In this document: positions 29,868-38,219 of the stretch, piece after piece | Numbering within the stretch: position 1 is the first letter of the stretch | How the letters are laid out: each line of letters opens with the position of its first letter | Assembly (NCBI GenBank): GCA_014728035.1 | Contig: WJMJ01000028.1 | Span: 1-39,409 of the forward strand | Direction: 5' to 3' | Source of the DNA: Promethearchaeota archaeon | GTDB lineage: Archaea > Asgardarchaeota > Thorarchaeia > Thorarchaeales > Thorarchaeaceae | Length of the DNA: 39,409 nucleotides | Program-made: the position numbers and the translations under genes | The notes under the pieces: generated by a model | The model's input: only the letters and a program-made list of their open reading frames with translations | What the model was told of the DNA's origin: nothing | The model's database searches: none

Positions 29868-30510
29868 TTTGTATGACTCCCTCGATGTATTCCATTACTT
29901 GTAATGGTTTACGAATCGCATATACCCGTGCGACACGCTTCCTATTATGTTTTGTCCTAGAACCAACAGTTCCCCACATCTCTGCGGTTCCTCTTAATTT
30001 CTTCAATCCACGAGGAATCTTTTCAGAATCGATATCTTGAACACCAAAACGTTCACTCATCAATCGTATCAATGCACCCTCCACAGATTTGATACTCTTG
30101 ATATTGCATTCACGAACAATCTGTTTCGATATCGTTCGCAGGTTGATGAGGCAACCATTCTTCCCGCTTAATTTTAGACGATGATGTATGATACGCAGCA
30201 CATGCGCCCATAATAATTCATCATTTATCTCATATTTAATAACTTGTCCCTTTCGGACGATAATCCTTCCTATTATATTATTTCCACTAGAGTCTTGTTC
30301 TAAGACGATGAATGGAAGTTGTGTTACTACATCACTATCATCTTGAAAACTCTCATTATATACTTGTACTTCTTCACGTTGTTCAAATGGAATCTCCGTA
30401 TCATCTGTTGTCTGACAATCATAGTTATCATAGTCTTCGTTTGATACTTCCATTGCTGTCATTTCTTGAATACTCAGGTTTTCATAAAAATTATGTTCTT
30501 TTTTGGGCAC
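29854..30510 (-). CDS. Hypothetical protein, possible C-terminal winged helix
   Basis: Probable GTG start at 30510 after a GGTGGTG SD; acidic N-terminus and basic C-terminus. Confidence 0.5.
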   Translation of the reverse strand: MPKKEHNFYENLSIQEMTAMEVSNEDYDNYDCQTTDDTEIPFEQREEVQVYNESFQDDSDVVTQLPFIVLEQDSSGNNIIGRIIVRKGQVIKYEINDELLWAHVLRIIHHRLKLSGKNGCLINLRTISKQIVRECNIKSIKSVEGALIRLMSERFGVQDIDSEKIPRGLKKLRGTAEMWGTVGSRTKHNRKRVARVYAIRKPLQVMEYIEGVIQIDDE

Positions 30511-30632
30511 GTCAGCACCACCATGATTATAGACACTCCATAATAATTTACTCTTTAGCAATTTATTGACATAAACCAAACTTTTAAATGTTATCACTCG
30601 GTATTATAATAAAATTGTATGAAGGGAAAAAT

Positions 30633-30803
30633 ATGGTTGAAATGTCATCAGACCATCCATTACGGGTAATACATGATACACTTGCGGAGATAAGCACGGA
30701 ACTACACCGATTATCGATAAAATTAATCGAAGTAAGAGAACAGTTACATATCATAGATGAATTACAACGTAGGATAGATGAATATACAGAATCTGAGGAA
30801 TGA
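30633..30803 (+). CDS. Small coiled-coil hypothetical protein
   Basis: Follows the promoter-like AACCAAACTTTTAAATG (~30574-30590); ends in the TGAGGAATGA junction. Confidence 0.5.
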   Translation: MVEMSSDHPLRVIHDTLAEISTELHRLSIKLIEVREQLHIIDELQRRIDEYTESEE

Positions 30804-31237
30804 CTATGAAAGAAGTAGAAAAAAGAAATAAAAAAGAACACGAGTTTAGAGTGGACATAATGCTTCAAGATGAAATGCTGTCAAAAGAAGCACGAGAGCG
30901 ATACAATGACGATAGATTTGATGAAGAAGAACCAGAAGGATATTGGTTCGTAGAAGATATGTATATAGACAGTTTTGATGTTATCGACAAAAAGATACAG
31001 ATATTCTTCTGTAAAAAAGGAGAACAAGACGAATTATCTCCTCTTTTTGTAGCAGTTGAATTCGATATATATATACTGCTCAGATTATTATCAAAAATAA
31101 ATTATGATACTGATAATCTAATAAAAACACTTGTTGAACAAAAATCAGTAGATATGAAACATGAAGACCTCATGAGGGCATTTCAAACGTTAACTTCTGC
31201 TATTAATGGTTTGAAACTCAAGGAGGCTGAGGAATGA
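30800..31237 (+). CDS. Hypothetical protein
   Basis: 145-aa ORF with ATGA overlaps at both ends. Confidence 0.6.
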   Translation: MTMKEVEKRNKKEHEFRVDIMLQDEMLSKEARERYNDDRFDEEEPEGYWFVEDMYIDSFDVIDKKIQIFFCKKGEQDELSPLFVAVEFDIYILLRLLSKINYDTDNLIKTLVEQKSVDMKHEDLMRAFQTLTSAINGLKLKEAEE

Positions 31238-31434
31238 GTTTGTTCAACATTAAGGTGGCGGGCGACTGCAAATATTATCTTCCTGATGCGGTGAGAGAAA
31301 ACACTCTTACGGGCCACTCTGAAATGTTCAGTGGATGCGAAGTGTATAACCCCGTTGCGCTGTGCGGTGTGAATTGTTGTTCTTTACCCCCATCACACTG
31401 CCCTGGATGGAAATTGAATGAGGCTGAGGAATGA
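31234..31434 (+). CDS. Small Cys-rich protein bounded by 16-bp direct repeats
   Basis: 66 aa with six Cys; flanked by GAGGCTGAGGAATGAG at 31223-31238 and 31420-31435. Confidence 0.55.
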   Translation: MSLFNIKVAGDCKYYLPDAVRENTLTGHSEMFSGCEVYNPVALCGVNCCSLPPSHCPGWKLNEAEE

Positions 31435-31583
31435 GCGAGTACACGGACCCTCTACATATGATTGAGTCGGTCTTTGATAACGATTGTCAGGCATGTGAAG
31501 AAAAGATGAGCCGGCCACTAGACACATGCCGAAAATGTAGCTTATGGTATGTTAGGAAAAAACGAATGGATGTTGAGGAATGA
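31431..31583 (+). CDS. Small Zn-finger protein (50 aa; below the ORF-track cutoff)
   Basis: MSEYTDPLHMIESVFDNDCQACEEKMSRPLDTCRKCSLWY...VEE. Confidence 0.55.
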   Translation: MSEYTDPLHMIESVFDNDCQACEEKMSRPLDTCRKCSLWYVRKKRMDVEE

Positions 31584-31617
31584 AAGCCGAATAAAAGTTC
31601 AGAATGGTGTCGAAGAG

Positions 31618-31932
31618 ATGAGTGATATGCAAAGAAAGATTACAGCATTGGTTGAGAACATCATGTTGATGTTACACAGTGGAGAACTTGGTCATCTAGT
31701 TACTAGCACTGATTTTGATAATAGACTTGATATAAAACGTGCATTTGATTATGTTCGTATTATTTTACAAGGAGGTTCACCAGATATGGGATATAGATCA
31801 AAACTCAGAGAATATATTTTCATGATAATTTCAAATGAGATAACAAAGGCTCGTCTGTATCATGATTATTCAACAGAAGACTTATTTACTGCTGTTGGAT
31901 TATTGAAAAAGAAACTTATGTGGTGGGATTAG
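31618..31932 (+). CDS. Hypothetical protein
   Basis: Probable start ATG 31618 (MSDMQRK), within the track ORF 31549..31932. Confidence 0.5.
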   Translation: MSDMQRKITALVENIMLMLHSGELGHLVTSTDFDNRLDIKRAFDYVRIILQGGSPDMGYRSKLREYIFMIISNEITKARLYHDYSTEDLFTAVGLLKKKLMWWD

Positions 31933-31934
31933 AA

Positions 31935-32183
31935 ATGAAAAAATGGAAAAAAGCAAGGAAGAAACCAGTATTAGTAGAGTTCAGAGAAGTGGAATTTGAT
32001 GAGCATGGTGTTGAAACCTTAGAGGGATATAAACCATGCAATAAGGACGAACATTTTATTATTCGTGGAGTTGAAGGAGAAGTCTATCCTATTAAAAAAA
32101 GTATTTTCTTTAAGACTTATATAATTGAAGATGATATTGTTCATATAATTGAAGATGATATTGATGAGGATGAACGAGATTGA
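31935..32183 (+). CDS. Conserved small viral protein (PGDYG-like: KKPV.V...TLEG...IIRGVEGEVYPIK..IF.KTY)
   Basis: Recognisable phage motif pattern; function unknown. Confidence 0.7.
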   Translation: MKKWKKARKKPVLVEFREVEFDEHGVETLEGYKPCNKDEHFIIRGVEGEVYPIKKSIFFKTYIIEDDIVHIIEDDIDEDERD

Positions 32184-33196
32184 ATAAGATACGAATTGGT
32201 GACCTATACTGTGGAATGGGGGGATGGGCAACAGGAACCAAACTGAGTAACCATCATCATTATGAGTCATTAAAAACGATATGGGCCGTGGATGTATGGG
32301 ATAAAGCTATTGATACATACAAAGCTAATCATGATTCTGTTCATACCTATACTACAGATATTCTAGATTTACATCCAAGTGATATGGAACCAGTAGATAT
32401 ATTGGTCGGAAGTCCACCTTGCCCCGAATTCTCAAATGCTAAGCAAGCTCAAGAGAGGGATATAGAGAAAGGTATGGAACTTGTTAATAAATTCTTTGAA
32501 TTTGTAGATTACATCAAACCCAGATTCTGGGCAATGGAGAATGTACGCACCTTTAAACGATATATGAAATATATTAAGTTATTACCTGAAGATACACAGA
32601 TGTTTATCATGCGTGGTAATGATTATTTAACACCACAACGACGATATCGTTGTATATTGACTAATATCAGTAAAATACCTGATAAAAGACCAACAAAAAG
32701 AACACTAGGTGATGTTATATCAACATTACCAGTTCCAGGAAAAACAGAACCTCCGTTTTTTAATCCTATCTATATCGATAGACTCGGAGACTATTATTCA
32801 CCAAAAATTAATGATAGTAAGAATTTAACTCATCATGATCTTTATCCTGTGAAAGAAAAACATCTTGATAAGATATATAGAAAAAAGATGAAGAACCCCA
32901 ATGCTGGATGTGTTCCATGTCCTGACCCATTAGATAGACCAGCAAGAACCATATGCGCAAAACCTTCTACAACTGGTCGAGAAGTCATAATCATAAAAGA
33001 TGAACGATTAGAATATCCATATCGATATTTATCATTACGCGAACAAGCTTGTCTTCAAGGATTTCCTGTAGGATATATACTACCTTTACAAGGAAAAACA
33101 GTTAATCAGATTTTAATTGGTAATGCATTCCCACCACCAATGGCTGCCAGTCTTTTCGAACAGATGAAAGAAGACATGAAGATTGATATGAAATAA
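32180..33196 (+). CDS. dcm: DNA (cytosine-5) methyltransferase
   Basis: Motif I DLYCGMGG, IV GSPPC, VI MENV, VIII PQRRYR, IX LREQACLQGFP and X IGNAFPP. Confidence 0.93.
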   Translation: MNKIRIGDLYCGMGGWATGTKLSNHHHYESLKTIWAVDVWDKAIDTYKANHDSVHTYTTDILDLHPSDMEPVDILVGSPPCPEFSNAKQAQERDIEKGMELVNKFFEFVDYIKPRFWAMENVRTFKRYMKYIKLLPEDTQMFIMRGNDYLTPQRRYRCILTNISKIPDKRPTKRTLGDVISTLPVPGKTEPPFFNPIYIDRLGDYYSPKINDSKNLTHHDLYPVKEKHLDKIYRKKMKNPNAGCVPCPDPLDRPARTICAKPSTTGREVIIIKDERLEYPYRYLSLREQACLQGFPVGYILPLQGKTVNQILIGNAFPPPMAASLFEQMKEDMKIDMK

Positions 33197-33247
33197 TATA
33201 GTATATTCATAATTCGAAACATTAAAAAGGGAATTAGTATTATATAC

Positions 33248-33328
33248 TATTAGTTGAGATTTGATTCATTGGTTTCAGCTCCGTTGTTACCGAACAGGGG
33301 GATTTTTTCCTCTGTTCCCCTACTAATA
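33248..33328 (+). ncRNA. Candidate small structured RNA
   Basis: CGAAACATTAAAAAG promoter-like box about 20-25 nt upstream; closing stem TATTAGT/ACTAATA; internal hairpin GAACAGGGG/CCTCTGTTC, where a G-U pair favours the + strand. Confidence 0.3.
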
Positions 33329-34132
33329 TCATGTGTTCTGCCGTACGGCTATATTTTTCAATCGACTAACAATAAATGGTAACATCCAGACATCGTTCTC
33401 ATTATAAGCAAATACATTAGGATCTAACGGCTCTCGAAATATTGCATGTCGTTCATAATGTTCTGCACATTCCTTACCATCCATATAATCATCACGAGCC
33501 TCTAATGACATGTCATATCCAAGAAACCGTGCCATTGTCTTAAGCTTTCTATTCTTTGTTGGTAGATAATATGATTTACGAAGCTCATAACATATATCTT
33601 GTTCAGGCTGAGTAAATATTGAATGTTCCATCAGACCATTCCTTGCACATGCATTTTGGGTCACCCTTACATCAAACCCGTTACATGAATAATACATGAG
33701 CGGTCTTCCTGGTCTCACTGATAAAAATTCATCGAATCGCTGTAACATATAATATTCATCGTTCCATGAATCAGCAAAGAAACTGTAAAACTTCTTCTCC
33801 TTGGCATCCACAACACCGATAAGCCAAATCTTGCTCCATTTTAAATCAGTCTCAATATCAAACCATAATGGATAACCAGGTAACCATCTCGGGTCTCGAC
33901 GTTTTATGACCAGATGGGAACAGTATTGTGCTGTATGAATGATGTTCACCATCATATCATGTGATATACCAAGCGACCTAGCAATAGCAATAGGATTCTC
34001 TGCTTCAATGATTGATCCAATCGTAGTATAACCTTTATCATGTAGTCGTTGTACTGCGGAACGAGTGATTCCACCTTTATCACTCTCAAGTAGAGTGAAT
34101 ATAGAATCCTCGCACGCCATCTTGATTGTCAT
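33329..34132 (-). CDS. YprB/RNase_H_2-like DEDD 3'-5' exonuclease with N-terminal HhH-like domain
   Basis: WFDIETD (Exo I), YYSCNGFD (Exo II), LKTMARFLGY and YNENDV (Exo III). Confidence 0.8.
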   Translation of the reverse strand: MTIKMACEDSIFTLLESDKGGITRSAVQRLHDKGYTTIGSIIEAENPIAIARSLGISHDMMVNIIHTAQYCSHLVIKRRDPRWLPGYPLWFDIETDLKWSKIWLIGVVDAKEKKFYSFFADSWNDEYYMLQRFDEFLSVRPGRPLMYYSCNGFDVRVTQNACARNGLMEHSIFTQPEQDICYELRKSYYLPTKNRKLKTMARFLGYDMSLEARDDYMDGKECAEHYERHAIFREPLDPNVFAYNENDVWMLPFIVSRLKNIAVRQNT

Positions 34133-34185
34133 GTATTTAAAAATAATATATTATAATATAAATTCTACGTTTTCTTAAAAATGAA

Positions 34186-34204
34186 GGTGTGGCTAAGCCA
34201 CACC
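34186..34204 (-). terminator. Hairpin terminator after the Ro60 gene
   Basis: Perfect GGTGTGGC-N3-GCCACACC stem followed on the minus strand by TTCATTTTT. Confidence 0.6.
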
Positions 34205-34212
34205 AATGTAGA

Positions 34213-35808
34213 TTATTCTTTATTCAAGACATAATCAATATAATCAAGGACAGAATTATTCCATCCAAAGATTTGAATGATATCATATTCTTCTCGAACG
34301 TCTTCAGGAAACGGTTGTGAATCATATGAATCTATTCGGATTAAAATAGCTTTGGCCATCGGGAACTTACGTTTGTAGGTCTTCCACCAACCTAACCATC
34401 CATCACCAAATTCGATGGTATCGGTAATCCAAATCAGTGTATCGAATTGTAATCGGTTCCACCGTTTTGGTCTCTTGGTACCTCGTACTGCCAAACTACG
34501 ATTATATCCATGAGCACTTTGTCCATCTATATGTCCGTTCAACATATATTTTAATGGTAGTTCCATAAATGTTCCACCACCACCAGTTCTCTTCACCGCT
34601 TCAGTCATTGAAATGATTGAATCATTCTTTGGTGGAGCAGTGTATAGTGATGTTGACCATGGAAAGATATCCGATTCTTCAATCCCTTTGTATAGTACGA
34701 CACCAAATAACGCAGCGATGTCGATATATGCTAGTGAACTTTTATTGAAGTTCAGTGTCATTGAACCTGATACGTCTGGACAGACTGCTACTCGCCCCCA
34801 ATTAGTGAAATCATACTTTGGTAGGAATTCTTCCATGACACTCGCAAGACCATTTCGAAATCTTGTGCTAGTGATTTGTTGAAAGGCTTGAAACACCCTG
34901 AAAGGAAATACCTTCGCCTTTAACAGGTTCTCAGCACTGATTCGACCATCTTTTCCTAACAAGAAATCATAGACTTCATCGTCCTTATCAAGATCATGAC
35001 GTTCGAATGTTGCTAGATGTCTTAACAATGCAAATACCCCCATCTGTCTCATCATTATCTTCCATAGTTCGGGAGATTTTGGGAGCATTGATAGTACAGA
35101 ATAATCTAGTCTCCCTTTCTTGATAAGTCGTTCAACATTATCAAGATCAGTAGGATCAATCTGTTTTATCTCTTCAAACGCCTGAAGTTTCTCAAGTTCA
35201 GGTGGAATCTCATATTCTTCATCCTTCCATTTATTATCATACTTACGCATGAGATATTGAATGATTTTGAATGAAGTATCATCAATGTCTTCTTCTGAAG
35301 GTCTTGATACTCTGATACCTCGTACAACCTCGTTACCATACTTAATGGCATAAAACTCACTCAGTTTTACCTTTAACCATTCTTTGATGGCTCGTTTGAT
35401 TCCACGACCAAATCCTCTACCTCGTGCCTGTCTTGCGTCCATAAAATCTGATAAATCGTTACCAGTTCTGATAACATCATTAAAGATACGTTGAGCAGTT
35501 TTAATGTCTTTCTCAGATAGAATAGTTAGTGCAAGGATAGGCATAGTTCGCATGAATCCATCGTTTCGAGCAATGGGAACCCATTTCTCAAGTAAATCAA
35601 CCGGTGCACGTTCTAACAACTCAACGGCTTCTCTAGTCATCTCATGTTTACCTGCATAATAAACCTTCTCTAATCTCCCTGTATGAAGTAATTGAATCAG
35701 TCTATCTTCATCATTCATCTTCCATGCTGGGAAATTTTGCTTGTTCTTAGTATCAGCCGTTGCATAGGTAGCAGGACTGATATCTAGTTCTTTAAATTTC
35801 TTTGGCAT
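34213..35808 (-). CDS. rsr: Ro60/TROVE-vWA RNA-binding protein
   Basis: TROVE helical region (R.MPILAL, GRGFGRGIKRAIKEW, KY, ALLRHLATF, KVFPFR) plus vWA MIDAS DVSGSM, GGGT and ITD; 531 aa. Confidence 0.92.
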   Translation of the reverse strand: MPKKFKELDISPATYATADTKNKQNFPAWKMNDEDRLIQLLHTGRLEKVYYAGKHEMTREAVELLERAPVDLLEKWVPIARNDGFMRTMPILALTILSEKDIKTAQRIFNDVIRTGNDLSDFMDARQARGRGFGRGIKRAIKEWLKVKLSEFYAIKYGNEVVRGIRVSRPSEEDIDDTSFKIIQYLMRKYDNKWKDEEYEIPPELEKLQAFEEIKQIDPTDLDNVERLIKKGRLDYSVLSMLPKSPELWKIMMRQMGVFALLRHLATFERHDLDKDDEVYDFLLGKDGRISAENLLKAKVFPFRVFQAFQQITSTRFRNGLASVMEEFLPKYDFTNWGRVAVCPDVSGSMTLNFNKSSLAYIDIAALFGVVLYKGIEESDIFPWSTSLYTAPPKNDSIISMTEAVKRTGGGGTFMELPLKYMLNGHIDGQSAHGYNRSLAVRGTKRPKRWNRLQFDTLIWITDTIEFGDGWLGWWKTYKRKFPMAKAILIRIDSYDSQPFPEDVREEYDIIQIFGWNNSVLDYIDYVLNKE

Positions 35809-35858
35809 TTATGTCACCTCACGCCCACGTCAAAATAAGTATCTTCTAGGATAGATAT

Positions 35859-35952
35859 ATTGACGGGGATTTAGGGGTTGTATGGTAGTAAATATCGGAT
35901 CTCCCGACGAGTGTTACGTACACGAAGTAACCATACAATGGACCCCGACAAT
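35859..35952 (-). ncRNA. Y-RNA-like element 1 (also the 5' leader of Ro60)
   Basis: Outer stem AUUGUCGGGG/CCCCGUCAAU, inner stem UUGUAUGGU/ACCAUACAA and motif GUAUGGUUACUUCGU; own BRE-TATA box. Confidence 0.7.
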
Positions 35953-35969
35953 TATTATAGTATCTCAAA

Positions 35970-35988
35970 CCCTTATATATTTTTTGTT
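35970..35988 (-). promoter_or_regulatory. BRE-TATA promoter for Y-like element 1 and Ro60
   Basis: Minus strand AACAAAAAATATATAAGGG, about 20 nt before the stem start. Confidence 0.65.
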
Positions 35989-35998
35989 ATAGAAAACT

Positions 35999-36466
35999 TT
36001 ACACCTTGAGGGCGTCTCCAACACTCATAGTGATTTCAAAATTATCAAGTAATTTGACTATCTTATCCACCTTCTTTTGAATACCATTGATTCTCTTCTC
36101 AATCTCACTGAATTTATATTCAAGGGTATCCTTTTTAGCTAACCAATCAGGATGAAGATTACTAAGAAGATCATATATTTCAGTTGGTTGTGGAACATAT
36201 CGCTTAGCGAACTCTTTATCAACGATATCTTTATACAACTCACCAGTATCCCAGATTGATATATTATCAATGGTAATAGAGAAAAAATCGATGAGTTCAC
36301 TTGTCTTACGTCTCTGTACGAACCTTGTTACTGCATCTATGATATCATCTTTCTCTTTTTTCTTTATATCATAACTAACAGATTTAGGCATATCAAGATA
36401 ATCTGCTACCTTTCTCAAAACTTCTTCATGGCTATTAAATTCATATTCAGTCATCTTCGGAATCAC
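35999..36466 (-). CDS. Hypothetical protein with C-terminal coiled coil
   Basis: 155-aa ORF between the Y-like elements. Confidence 0.6.
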   Translation of the reverse strand: MIPKMTEYEFNSHEEVLRKVADYLDMPKSVSYDIKKKEKDDIIDAVTRFVQRRKTSELIDFFSITIDNISIWDTGELYKDIVDKEFAKRYVPQPTEIYDLLSNLHPDWLAKKDTLEYKFSEIEKRINGIQKKVDKIVKLLDNFEITMSVGDALKV

Positions 36467-36541
36467 TTCCTAATCACATCACTGTGATATCTTTATAAGA
36501 ACCAGAATGAATATAATATTTCTGATATGATACAAAAAAGG

Positions 36542-36631
36542 TGAAGAACAGACGATGACAAAAAAATATCTCTCCAGTCGTATTATTATTATCGCCTGAT
36601 ATCTCGAAATAAGTTTTACGTCCGTTCTTCA
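36542..36631 (-). ncRNA. Y-RNA-like element 3 (degenerate)
   Basis: 13-bp stem UGAAGAACGGACG/CGUCUGUUCUUCA and motif CUUAUUUCG, followed by a CUUUUUUG terminator tract. Confidence 0.45.
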
Positions 36632-36637
36632 ATGATG

Positions 36638-36712
36638 ATACAGAGGATTAGATTCGTATGGGCTTATATTCCATTTCATTAGACGAAGTAACCATACGGA
36701 AGACCTCTGTAT
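36638..36712 (-). ncRNA. Y-RNA-like element 2
   Basis: Outer stem AUACAGAGG/CCUCUGUAU, inner stem CGUAUGG/CCAUACG and the same 15-nt motif GUAUGGUUACUUCGU as element 1. Confidence 0.7.
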
Positions 36713-36732
36713 ATAATCATATGTAAACCAAA

Positions 36733-36751
36733 GTCTTATAAAGTTTTTGTT
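36733..36751 (-). promoter_or_regulatory. BRE-TATA promoter for Y-like elements 2 and 3
   Basis: Minus strand AACAAAAACTTTATAAGAC, 23 nt before the stem start; back-to-back with a + strand box for the SLOG gene. Confidence 0.65.
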
Positions 36752-36778
36752 AAACAAAAATATAGATAAGGAGTATAT

Positions 36779-37240
36779 ATGATGAAGATTGGAATTATTG
36801 GAAGTCGAAGATACCGAAATAAAACCTTTGTAAAAAGGGTCATAAACCTATTACCATCTGATACAAGAGTCATATCAGGAGGGTGTGATGGTGTAGATAC
36901 ATGGGCAGTACAATACGCGAAAAAATTAGGTCTCAAGACACATGAATTCATCCCAGAATTTCAGTCCCGTGAGGCGTTTTTCAGCAGAAACAGACTCATC
37001 GCCATCAACACCGATGTTCTTATCGCCTTCATACCGCTTGGACAGATGAGAAGCGGAGCGTGGAATACCATCAACTATCAACGAGAATTCAAGAAACCCT
37101 ATGTTGTCTTTGATGAACATGGTGATACATGGGATAGGGAATGGAAAACAAAGACCTTGATAAAACTCATAAACATCCATGAACAATGGACTCAAATCCA
37201 ACAGAAGATACATAAGGAATCTCGACGTATTACATCATGA
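36779..37240 (+). CDS. SLOG-superfamily (DprA/YspA-like Rossmann) protein
   Basis: IGIIGSR, VISGGCDGVD and RNRLIA..TDVLIAF. Confidence 0.8.
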   Translation: MMKIGIIGSRRYRNKTFVKRVINLLPSDTRVISGGCDGVDTWAVQYAKKLGLKTHEFIPEFQSREAFFSRNRLIAINTDVLIAFIPLGQMRSGAWNTINYQREFKKPYVVFDEHGDTWDREWKTKTLIKLINIHEQWTQIQQKIHKESRRITS

Positions 37241-37687
37241 TTACTTTGTCATACTCATTAGATCATCGTATAATTCTCTAATTTCATTATTCTCAATCAA
37301 CCATCGTTGAGACGCATGACCTACTATCATTCCATTATCCTGCATAAGGTATAAGACGAAATACTCTGAGAAATTCGGTCCGTCTTGAGGGTTTTTCTTT
37401 GGTTCATCTGAGGCTTTTATAAGGAATCTTACATCATATCCCTTATAATCTATGAACCTATCATGACGATTTTCAACTCTAATTTTACTGATTCTTACAC
37501 GCTTTCCATTATTAACATGTTCTTTCAACGTCCTCATAAAATCTCTAACATTTACATATGTATAGACGTTTAGTTCGAAGAACCTATCAACATATGATAT
37601 ACGATTCGTGGGAACGTTGCCTCTGTTTATAACAATAGCAAATGGTGTCATCATATCGATGATTTTTCGGTCGTTTAATTCTGTCAT
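37241..37687 (-). CDS. Hypothetical protein
   Basis: 148-aa ORF with an AT-rich divergent promoter region upstream. Confidence 0.6.
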   Translation of the reverse strand: MTELNDRKIIDMMTPFAIVINRGNVPTNRISYVDRFFELNVYTYVNVRDFMRTLKEHVNNGKRVRISKIRVENRHDRFIDYKGYDVRFLIKASDEPKKNPQDGPNFSEYFVLYLMQDNGMIVGHASQRWLIENNEIRELYDDLMSMTK

Positions 37688-37775
37688 ATGGATAAATTAC
37701 TGTCTAAACATAAAAATATTATTATTAATACTATAGATAGGTATATTTTTATGTATAATATCTCACATATTCTAT

Positions 37776-38219
37776 ATGACATACGACACTGCTAAGACCA
37801 TAACAGGACCACCTGGTCCATGTATCGATTGCCATACAAAAGACTCATACACTGATTATGTTGTTGTTCTTGACAGAATGACTGGTCCCTTCTGTAGAAG
37901 CTGCCTTCCAACAAACAAGATAAACGAAGTGATAACAGAAGCAGCATTACATATGATTGACCAGTTTGATTCATATCGTAACAAACGTGACCGACACAAT
38001 TATTATGGATTTGACACCAGTCAATTAGTACGGATAATGGAGATAGGAGTAAATGGATTTGTTGAAGAGTTCAATAAACAGAGAGACATAACAAGATTCC
38101 CAAATCCTATCAGTATAGATTTTGATAGATTAAAATTAATATCATATGATTTTCCAGTGATAGTCGAACTCATAAATGAAGATGATAGAGATGATGACAA
38201 AGAACGAATTTCTGAATAA
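37776..38219 (+). CDS. Hypothetical protein with N-terminal Zn finger
   Basis: CIDC...CRSC. Confidence 0.6.
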   Translation: MTYDTAKTITGPPGPCIDCHTKDSYTDYVVVLDRMTGPFCRSCLPTNKINEVITEAALHMIDQFDSYRNKRDRHNYYGFDTSQLVRIMEIGVNGFVEEFNKQRDITRFPNPISIDFDRLKLISYDFPVIVELINEDDRDDDKERISE

